Shown here: one piece after another, positions 8,321 through 15,515 of the stretch
Numbering within the stretch: position 1 is the stretch's first letter
How the letters are laid out: every line of letters begins with the position of its first letter
Assembly: GCF_000015145.1 (NCBI RefSeq)
Contig: NC_008818.1
Location: 570,001 to 602,000 of the forward strand
Direction: 5' to 3'
Origin: Hyperthermus butylicus DSM 5456
Lineage (GTDB): Archaea > Thermoproteota > Thermoprotei_A > Sulfolobales > Pyrodictiaceae
Length of the DNA stretch: 32,000 bases
Made by a program: the position numbers and the translations under genes
Notes under the pieces: generated by a model
What the model was told of the DNA's origin: nothing
The model's input: the letters and a program-made list of their open reading frames with translations, nothing else
Database searches by the model: none

Positions 8321-9532
8321 TCACTCGCCACCCCCACCAGCTGCCTCTTCCTCAGCCTCAACCACCTTCTTCACCTTGAACTCTATGCTCCTCCTAGTCC
8401 TAGGGTCTAGTATGTCTCTCAGAGCGTCGCCGAGCAAGTTGAAGCCGAAGACTGTGAGGAATATCATTAAGCCTGGCCAGAATATTAGCCACCAAGCTCG
8501 GGGGAAGTACTGGGCTCCGTCGAATATTATCCTGCCCCAGTCAGCTAGCGGCGGGACAACACCTAGGCCTAGGTAGCTTAGTCCAGCCTCCGTGAGTATA
8601 ACACCACCCATGTCCATCGTTACGTATACTAGTACAGGGCCAATCATGTTTGGCAATATGTGGCGGAACATTATGCCTAGAGTGGAGACGCCTAGAGCCC
8701 TTGCAGCCTCAACGTAAGTGTTCTCCCTTACACTAAGCACCATGCCGCGCACGAGCCTCGTATAGGATGGCCACCATACCATCCAGAGTGCAATTATTAC
8801 AGATGCCAGGCTGGCAAGTGCGGGCTCATGCTCAGGCTTGACAGCGAATAGGTAGCGTAAGATGGTAGCAATGTTCGGGTACTGCTCGAAGACCCCTTGC
8901 AGCGCGTAGGGTAGCGTTGCTGAGAAGGCTATAGCTAGTATTAGCCCTGGGAACGCGAGGAATATATCGGTAATCCTCATTATAACCTCGTCAACAGCGC
9001 CGCCATAGTAGCCTGCAACGAGCCCCAACAGTATACCTATGGTTGCGCCTACGCTAACTACAAGTATTGCGACGACAAGACTTGTACGTGCACCATAGAG
9101 TATCCTGCTGTAAAGGTCTCTACCAAAGTTATCCGAGCCAAGTATGAATGTGAAGTTGCCGGGCTCCAGCCCTACCCTACGACAGTATGTGCTATTTCGT
9201 ATCTCGATAGTTGTACCTGGAGGCGCTAGCTTGGATTCAAACTCGCCAGGCTTCTTGGTCTTCTCGCAGAAGATAAACTGGGTATCGTAGCTTACCGGGG
9301 CGATGTATGGCCCAATGATTGCAAGTATTACAAATGCAGCTACCAGCACGAGGCCAGTAAGGCCTAGAGGTGAACGGTTGAGCGTGTATAGCATTAGCTT
9401 CCACTCCTCGAGCCGGCCCTGGTTCTTCAGCTTCCAGCCAGGCCTAACACGGTCTATGACTATTGCAAGCCCATCAACCAGCTTGTCAGCAAGCCTATCG
9501 AGGATCTTCTTCTCGTACACGTACTCGGGCAT
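8321..9532 (-). CDS. Peptide ABC transporter permease, DppC/OppC-like
   Basis: 403-aa polytopic membrane protein with the EAA-loop region YVEAARALGVSTLGIMFRHILPN. It has a long N-terminal extension and a long extracytoplasmic loop after TM1. Confidence 0.9.
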   Translation of the reverse strand: MPEYVYEKKILDRLADKLVDGLAIVIDRVRPGWKLKNQGRLEEWKLMLYTLNRSPLGLTGLVLVAAFVILAIIGPYIAPVSYDTQFIFCEKTKKPGEFESKLAPPGTTIEIRNSTYCRRVGLEPGNFTFILGSDNFGRDLYSRILYGARTSLVVAILVVSVGATIGILLGLVAGYYGGAVDEVIMRITDIFLAFPGLILAIAFSATLPYALQGVFEQYPNIATILRYLFAVKPEHEPALASLASVIIALWMVWWPSYTRLVRGMVLSVRENTYVEAARALGVSTLGIMFRHILPNMIGPVLVYVTMDMGGVILTEAGLSYLGLGVVPPLADWGRIIFDGAQYFPRAWWLIFWPGLMIFLTVFGFNLLGDALRDILDPRTRRSIEFKVKKVVEAEEEAAGGGGE

Positions 9533-9538
9533 GTGTAT

Positions 9539-9546
9539 TCACCTCC
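9539..9546 (-). promoter_or_regulatory. Shine-Dalgarno sequence for the DppC-like gene
   Basis: The minus strand reads GGAGGTGA 6 nt upstream of the ATG at 9532 and immediately after the TAG (9549-9551) of the preceding permease gene. Confidence 0.6.
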
Positions 9547-9548
9547 CT

Positions 9549-10562
9549 CTAGTATCTCACCCTGGGGTCTATGATGGCGTAAAGTATGTCTATGATCAAG
9601 TTTATAGTCACGTATATCAGTGCTATGAATAGCACAGCTGCTATCAACACTATGTAGTCGAAGTTGTGTATCGCCCTGATCATGTACGTGCCAAGCCCCG
9701 GCAGGTTAAAGACGGTCTCAGTAATCGGCGCGCCCGCCAGGAGCCCGCCAAACATTAAGCCCAGAACTGTAACAACGGGGGTTAGCGCGTTTCGGAGCAC
9801 GTGAATGTAGATTCTACCACGGGGAAAGCCACGGGCTTCCATGAAGTTTATGTATTCTCCGCTAAACGCGTCGAGGAAGCTATTCCGCACGATCCTTGTT
9901 ATAAAGCCTATGCCGCCGTAGGCGAGCATGAATGCCGGCAGCCACATTCTTTTGATAAACAATACTATGTACTCGATGTCCATCTTTAGGAAGGCATCTA
10001 GTATCGGTATGCCGGTAATCCTATAGTCTGGCATTGGGAATCCTGTAAGGCTTATGAGGCCGCGTGGCTGCAGCACGAAAATTAGAAGGTAGGCTAGCCA
10101 GAAGATTGGCGTCGATATTCCGATGAGGGCGAAAGCTCTTATCACAACATCAATCCACGTATCCCTTTTGATGGCGGCTATTATGCCTAGAGGTATACCG
10201 ATAGTTATTATGAATAGGAATGCGAATAGTGTTAGAGGCAGCGTAACCGTCAGCAGCTTCTCCATAATCTGATCCCAGACATTTGTGTGCGTCACAGGGC
10301 TCACAGCCTCACCACTCAGCACCTTCTTGAGAAAGAAGTAGTATTGTACATACCAGGGGTCGTTGAGGTGGTACTCCTCGATAAGCCTCTGGACAACCTC
10401 GGGGTCAGCCTTCTCGCCGCCAGCCCATAGCCTAGCTGGATTAGCTGGTATCTGTACAGCAATAATGTAGACGAGGAATGTAACACCTATCACTGTTGGC
10501 ACGAACGTTATGAGTCTGCGGAGTAGGAAGCGGCGTAGATTGGCCAATTCCCTAACCCCCAT
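9549..10562 (-). CDS. Peptide ABC transporter permease, DppB/OppB-like
   Basis: 337-aa polytopic membrane protein with the family N-terminus RFLLRRLITFVPTVIGVTFLVY and EAA-loop region NFMEARGFPRGRIYIHVLRNAL. It is the first gene of the minus-strand operon. Confidence 0.9.
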   Translation of the reverse strand: MGVRELANLRRFLLRRLITFVPTVIGVTFLVYIIAVQIPANPARLWAGGEKADPEVVQRLIEEYHLNDPWYVQYYFFLKKVLSGEAVSPVTHTNVWDQIMEKLLTVTLPLTLFAFLFIITIGIPLGIIAAIKRDTWIDVVIRAFALIGISTPIFWLAYLLIFVLQPRGLISLTGFPMPDYRITGIPILDAFLKMDIEYIVLFIKRMWLPAFMLAYGGIGFITRIVRNSFLDAFSGEYINFMEARGFPRGRIYIHVLRNALTPVVTVLGLMFGGLLAGAPITETVFNLPGLGTYMIRAIHNFDYIVLIAAVLFIALIYVTINLIIDILYAIIDPRVRY

Positions 10563-10656
10563 TCACCCGCGCTACTGAGATGATACTTCGTACATGTTGG
10601 CTCCGGGCTCTGGGATAAGGCTGCCCCCTATTAGTGCTTCCCTGCACAAAGCCCAG

Positions 10657-10686
10657 TATTCAAAAATACTATTCAAAAATACTATT
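10657..10686. repeat. Tandem 13-bp direct repeat (2 perfect copies plus 4 bp) in the divergent dpp promoter region; candidate operator
   Basis: TATTCAAAAATAC occurs at 10657-10669 and again at 10670-10682, followed by TATT. Copy 1 plus the preceding G forms GTATT-CAAA-AATAC. A nearby palindrome GTATATATAC (10708-10717) and a GAATAC (10724-10729) are also present. Confidence 0.6.
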
Positions 10687-10873
10687 TAGCTTGTATCTAA
10701 TTACAAAGTATATATACATTATTGAATACACGTAAAATATACAACGTTCCCACTCTAGAACCCTTCAACTACTGCCTGGAGCCATCAATTCCGCTTGCTT
10801 CGCCATAACTTCCTCCGACGTCTATACATCTGAGCACAGGGTAAAGCATAGTCAAATCCCACGCTTGCACAAC

Positions 10874-10890
10874 AATAAAAGCTTTTTAAA
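10874..10890 (+). promoter_or_regulatory. Candidate BRE/TATA promoter for the binding-protein gene
   Basis: aataaaagcTTTTTAAA, with the TATA-like TTTTTAAA at 10883-10890, lies about 55 nt upstream of the GTG at 10945. This implies a leader of about 30 nt containing GGGTGG. Confidence 0.4.
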
Positions 10891-10944
10891 GGGGCCAAGG
10901 GGTAGGCTAGAACCCGATAGAATAGGTAGCCCGTAGACATATGG

Positions 10945-13164
10945 GTGGGAGTTGTGGCGAGTCGTGCGGCTTTAATAGCTGGTATTGTTGTGCTTGTTGT
11001 TATTGTTGCTGGTATTGCGGTCTACTTTGCCTCCAAGCCTGAGGAGAAGCCTGCAGCACCAACCGAACAGCCAACAGAACAACCAACAACAACACCAACA
11101 GAAGAAAAGCCTGCTGAAGAGCAACCGGTACAGGCGGCAAAGCCTCAGCTTCCACCCGAGGTCAAGGTTATAGAGGTTAGCAAGGCTGTAATCGCTGTTG
11201 CACCAAAGGATGTAGCTGTCGAGGACATAGTTAACGCGATTGATACTAAGGGCAAGAAGCTGATAATTGTCCGCTACGAGGTTGATGAGGAGAACACTAA
11301 GCCGGTAGAAGAAAGTGTAGGCTTCTCCGACATAAACCCAGCATTCTATAGGAACACAACGATAGACGCACTAATCATAGCTGCGAGAAAGGAGACCAAC
11401 CCCGAGATACGTGAAATGCTCTATGAAGCTGTCTACAAGCTGAGCAACTACGAGGTACCAATACTCTGGCTTGGCCAGTATATGCTTGTGCGTAGTCAGT
11501 GGAGCTGGGTGCACGGCCGCTACTATCACCCAACACTAGCTGAGCGCTACGACTTGCTATGGGAGGATCCAGCTGCGCCTGTGAAGAACCTGGAGTTTGG
11601 TGGCTACAAGAATGACCCCTCAACATACGTGATAGCAACTATAGGCTGGCCTGACACCTTCGACCCAGCAGCAGACTATGAGACCTTCGGCTGGGCGATA
11701 TTCCACAACATTGGTGACACTCTAGTAACCTACTGGAAGGATGATACTAAGGAGGTTATACCAGACCTAGCTGTTGCATGGGTACACGATAAGGAAGGTA
11801 CAACCTGGTACTTCGTGATACGTGGCGGTGTAAAGGCCTACGATCCATGGCACAACAAGGTCTACGATATAAGTGCTGTAGACGTGTTATTCACAATATG
11901 GCGTGTAGCGAGGCTAGGCCTAGACCCGAGCTGGATGGTTACAGAGTTCATTGACGTAAACAACTCCAAGGTGCTAACTGAGGAGGAGTTCGACCAGATA
12001 CTAGCCCAGGGCGGCCTCTATGCAGACTACAAGGGCCAGACGATAGAGCCTAAGAGCTTGAAGGAGCTGCTAGAATTCTTCGGCTACGATGGTGAGACTG
12101 CTGGTGTTGTAATGCTCAAGCTATACATGCCGTACAGCCCGATACTCAGCATACTCAGCGACCCATTCCTAATAGTCATCCCGATGAAGTACTTGTTTGA
12201 CAATGTCGACGAGTTGAAGGGCAAATATGAGGAGGCCCTGGAGGCAAGCCAGTACGGCAAGAACCCGGCAGCGTGGGCCAACTATATAGGCACGGGTGAG
12301 CAGGAGCCGACGCACCTCTACCTCCACAAATACCCCATTGGCACCGGGCCATACTATGTTGCCGAGTACAAGGAGGATAGCTACATAGTGCTAAAGTACA
12401 ACCCATACTACTGGAACAAGAGCCTATGGTACATGGAGCCCTATGGTAAGGATGGTGTGCCAAGCCACCAGACAGTAATCTACCTTATAGCCAACGACCA
12501 CGTAACAAGGCTGCAGATCTACAAGGCTGGCCAGGCCGACACAGCAGTTGTGCCGCTCGATAGGCTTGACGAAGTTAGAGACTACAAGCTGCAGGACAAC
12601 CCACAGTTCAAGATAGAGGTGGAGACTGGCGGACTAGAGCCAGCGATAGTCTACATAGTGCTCAACGCTAACAAGGAGCCATTCAACAATAGGCTTGTAA
12701 GGCAGGCGTTAATGTATGCTATACCATTCGACCAGATCAAGGAGGTGGTATACTCCGGGTTCCTTGAGAGGCTATATGGTGTCATACCTGCAGGCTTCCC
12801 AGGCCACAACGATGACATAGTGATAAAGTACACGTTCGACCTAGACAAGGCTATGGAGCTGATACAGAAGAGCGGTATAGACCCAACCAAGTATAACATC
12901 GAGATCTGGTACAACGAGGGTAACGCACAGCGCGAACAGATAGCCACCCTGCTACAGCAGACATGGGGCCAGCTAGGCTTCAAGGTTGGCGTAAAGGCGC
13001 TCAACTGGCCAACGCTACTATCAAAGACCGAGAAGGGCGACTTCGACGTATACATCATCGGCTGGGCGCCAGACTACCTAGACCCAGACAACTATGCAGG
13101 CCCACTATTCTACGGTGGTACCAGGTTCAGCTTCCTAGAGGTAGTAGTACCAGAGCAAGGCTAA
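10945..13164 (+). CDS. Family-5 (DppA/OppA-type) solute-binding protein, N-terminally membrane-anchored, apparently circularly permuted
   Basis: 739-aa ORF with a GTG start (alternative GTG at 10954). The order of elements is an N-terminal TM helix, a Pro/Thr/Glu linker, the family-5 body (TYVIATIGWPDTFDPAADYE..., LAVAWVHDKEGTTWYFVIRGGVKAYD) and a C-terminal GWAPDYLDPDNY. See the finding on permutation. Confidence 0.9.
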   Translation: MGVVASRAALIAGIVVLVVIVAGIAVYFASKPEEKPAAPTEQPTEQPTTTPTEEKPAEEQPVQAAKPQLPPEVKVIEVSKAVIAVAPKDVAVEDIVNAIDTKGKKLIIVRYEVDEENTKPVEESVGFSDINPAFYRNTTIDALIIAARKETNPEIREMLYEAVYKLSNYEVPILWLGQYMLVRSQWSWVHGRYYHPTLAERYDLLWEDPAAPVKNLEFGGYKNDPSTYVIATIGWPDTFDPAADYETFGWAIFHNIGDTLVTYWKDDTKEVIPDLAVAWVHDKEGTTWYFVIRGGVKAYDPWHNKVYDISAVDVLFTIWRVARLGLDPSWMVTEFIDVNNSKVLTEEEFDQILAQGGLYADYKGQTIEPKSLKELLEFFGYDGETAGVVMLKLYMPYSPILSILSDPFLIVIPMKYLFDNVDELKGKYEEALEASQYGKNPAAWANYIGTGEQEPTHLYLHKYPIGTGPYYVAEYKEDSYIVLKYNPYYWNKSLWYMEPYGKDGVPSHQTVIYLIANDHVTRLQIYKAGQADTAVVPLDRLDEVRDYKLQDNPQFKIEVETGGLEPAIVYIVLNANKEPFNNRLVRQALMYAIPFDQIKEVVYSGFLERLYGVIPAGFPGHNDDIVIKYTFDLDKAMELIQKSGIDPTKYNIEIWYNEGNAQREQIATLLQQTWGQLGFKVGVKALNWPTLLSKTEKGDFDVYIIGWAPDYLDPDNYAGPLFYGGTRFSFLEVVVPEQG
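11059..11106 (+). repeat. Four imperfect tandem 12-bp repeats encoding PTEQ-PTEQ-PTTT-PTEE (linker)
   Basis: CCAACCGAACAG / CCAACAGAACAA / CCAACAACAACA / CCAACAGAAGAA, in frame within the binding-protein gene directly after the TM anchor. Confidence 0.8.
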
Positions 13165-13207
13165 CCCTCTAAGAGGGCCGAAGTGGTGCGACAAGCTGGC
13201 TCCGAAC

Positions 13208-13230
13208 TTGTTTTTACGTGTTTTTCATTT
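13208..13230 (+). terminator. T-tract terminator region after the binding-protein gene
   Basis: ttgTTTTTacgtgTTTTTcaTTT lies 45-65 nt after the TAA. It is preceded by a short CCCTC/GAGGG hairpin overlapping the stop region (13165-13177). Oligo-T tracts are the established archaeal termination signal. Confidence 0.5.
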
Positions 13231-13262
13231 CACGCTCTTCTCGCCCGCGCGTGCTCCCCTGG

Positions 13263-14147
13263 TTACTCTTGGACTGCGGGTGCTCTGCGACAAACTAGCA
13301 CGTTTGTCTGAGCCCTACGCACCACAGTCTCTGTCGTAGCTCCTATCGGTGATGTGCGGCTCAAACCTGGGCCGACAATGATTAGTGCAGCGTCTAGCCT
13401 TGCTGCCTCCTCTATTATCCGTTTACCGGGCTTCCCTTCGAGGAGTCTAGTGTTCACAGCTAGGCCACGGTGTCTCGCTTTCTCTGCAAGCTTCTCCAGC
13501 CTCTCCCTTGCGAGGATGGGGTCTTCGCCTGGCTCGAGTACATGTAGCAGTGTAAGAGGATTCCCTGTATGCTCAGCAACCTCTACCGAGCATGTATACA
13601 CGTCTTCTAGGTAGAGATTGAAGTCTATGGCTGCTACAACGGTGCCCTTGAGCGGGGGTGGCTGTACTGGCTCGCCGTCCGGGCTCCTCCGTATCCTTGC
13701 TATGAGCAGAGGTTTACGTGACGCGTGGAGTACCTCCTCGACAACACTGCCCAGTAGCAGTTCGCGGAGGAGGCCATGGCCTCGGGAGCCTAGCACTATG
13801 TAGTCCGCGCCGTATGCCTCGGAGGCTCTCACTATCCATCCAGCTGGGTTGCCAATCTTGGGCCTCGGCACCTCCACCTCAAACCCGTAGCGCTCCAGCA
13901 TGCTTGCATACTCTGCAAGTTTCCCCAACGCCTTCCTCCTCTGCTCCTCAACAACCTTGTCAACAGACACTATCCCAGCCAAAAGTTCTGCCACAATGTG
14001 CTCTGGCACGACATGGAGAAGTATAAGTGTTGTTGTGCCGAGGAGTCTCAGGTTTGGAAGCCACTCTACAAGCACGTCAGACGATGGAGACATGTCTAGA
14101 CCAACGAGCGCTGTAGCAAACCTCCATCCAGAATCCCTTATCTGCAT
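13263..14147 (-). CDS. Tandem universal stress protein (UspA) domain protein
   Basis: 294-aa ORF with two USP-like halves. Each half ends in the ATP-binding-type motif context: YIVLGSRGHGLLRELLLGSVVEEVLHASRKPLLIA and LIIVGPGLSRTSPIGATTETVVRRAQTNVLVCR. Confidence 0.85.
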   Translation of the reverse strand: MQIRDSGWRFATALVGLDMSPSSDVLVEWLPNLRLLGTTTLILLHVVPEHIVAELLAGIVSVDKVVEEQRRKALGKLAEYASMLERYGFEVEVPRPKIGNPAGWIVRASEAYGADYIVLGSRGHGLLRELLLGSVVEEVLHASRKPLLIARIRRSPDGEPVQPPPLKGTVVAAIDFNLYLEDVYTCSVEVAEHTGNPLTLLHVLEPGEDPILARERLEKLAEKARHRGLAVNTRLLEGKPGKRIIEEAARLDAALIIVGPGLSRTSPIGATTETVVRRAQTNVLVCRRAPAVQE

Positions 14148-14404
14148 ATCATTGCAAACCTCCTGGAGACCACTACACTTATACAGTATCTAGCCCACCC
14201 CTAAGTCTAAACAATGCCTGGATTAACAACAATACAGCATAGCAGAGCTTGACAGCAAGGTACCAAAAGGAATGATCGGAAAACCGTGAAGAAGAGCGTT
14301 CCAAGAATATTCTGTACTTCGCTGAAGGGTTAAGAGTTGCCCAGCTATACGGCCCTCGACATAGTCGGTTGCTTGAACACTTAATGTGCGGGGCTTAGCC
14401 GGGG

Positions 14405-15177
14405 ATGGTTTTCAGGTTCGGTCACGGGAAACCAGTCATAGACCCCTATGAACTCAAGAAGGACAGGGTGCTACAGGGCAAGAAGATAGTCCTCACGTTT
14501 CACCCCGCATTACTTGCTAAAGCGAAAAACGTGCTTGAGAATGTTAGGAGCTGTGAAGCTGAGCGGGTGGCTCTTCAAGAGCTTTATGGGCGTTTACCGT
14601 GGCAAGGAGGTGCTCGTTGCTCTTCCGTATCCCGGTTCTCCTGATGCTGTGGCAGTACTCGAAGTACTCGCCGCTATGGGTGGAAGCGTATTCGTGGTTG
14701 TTGGAAGAGTTGGAGCTATCCACCCAACGTTGAGTGTAGGCGACGTGTTTGTTCCAACGTGGGGGCTACGCGAGGAGGGTGTAAGCTTCCACTACGTTCC
14801 CGACACGGATTTCATCCCGAAACCTGATGCCGAACTGGCCGACGCTCTTTACAGACGTGCTATAGGGTTGAAGGGGGAAGAGGAGAATTAGGATCGTTAA
14901 GGGAGGTGTCTGGACTACCGACGCGATATTCCGGGAGACCGTTGACAGGGTTGTAGAGTACTCGTCAAAGGGCGTATATGGGGTTGACATGGAGTCCACA
15001 GCGTTGATGACAGCGGCTTGGTATAGAGGCGTGAGGCTAACCGTCATAGCATCCGTATCCGACGAACTACACCACGATGGAAGGTGGGTGAAAGGATCCC
15101 AGAGCAGGAGGCTCAGAGTAACAGAGAAGCTTATTGTTAGAGCGGCCCTTGACACGGCCTCGGATCTAGAGCCCTAG
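14405..15177 (+). pseudogene. Nucleoside phosphorylase (PNP/UDP family 1, uridine/purine nucleoside phosphorylase-like) interrupted by two +1 frameshifts
   Basis: Three consecutive ORFs in three frames (14405.., 14514..14891, ..15177) together give a protein of about 255 aa. Family features include GSPDAVAVLEVLAAMGGSVFVVVGRVGA, GGVWTTDAIFRET and GVDMESTAL. Removing one A from the A5 run (14525-14529), or a base near 14545-14550, together with one G from the G5 run (14873-14877), restores one frame (…AIGLKGKRRIRIVKGGVWTTD…). Confidence 0.7.
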
Positions 15178-15515
15178 ACTTTACTGGAGCCCTGATACAG
15201 TGAACATCCTAGCTCTACATCCTACTCTATATTTATAGCTTAAACTTATAGCTGGCCGGGCTGCGAGAAAGCTATCCAGAGCTCTAGGCGAGATATTGAT
15301 CCTTGAAGCCTGGGCAGAAGCCTACAATCTCCATGTCCACGGTTCAGCGAACGCGCTTACAGCACCGAAGACATAGAGCCGGCGACATAGTTGATAGAGA
15401 AGCAGTCGAGTGCACGAGGAATCGGCTGGAGAGCATGAACATAGACAAGAGCCTCGGCACCTTGCCCATTCTTCACCCGTTACTGTCAGCGCCGGGGTAG
15501 CGTGGAGGTGCCTCC

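Noticed and set aside
10657-10686. CRISPR-like or minisatellite array
   Set aside because: There are only two 13-bp units with no spacers. No repeat-spacer architecture occurs anywhere in the window.
12651-13058. Long antisense ORFs inside confident genes (also 20365..20706, 27587..28027, 30541..31056, 1152..1439, 13354..14193)
   Set aside because: Each lies entirely inside a gene with strong family motifs on the other strand. The translations are Ser/Arg/Pro/Ala-rich and typical of antisense frames in GC-moderate genomes.
14268-14330. C/D-box sRNA candidate (AATGATCG ... CGCTGAAG about 50 nt apart)
   Set aside because: The putative C box reads AUGAUCG and lacks the terminal GA needed for the k-turn. 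No convincing D'/C' pair is present.
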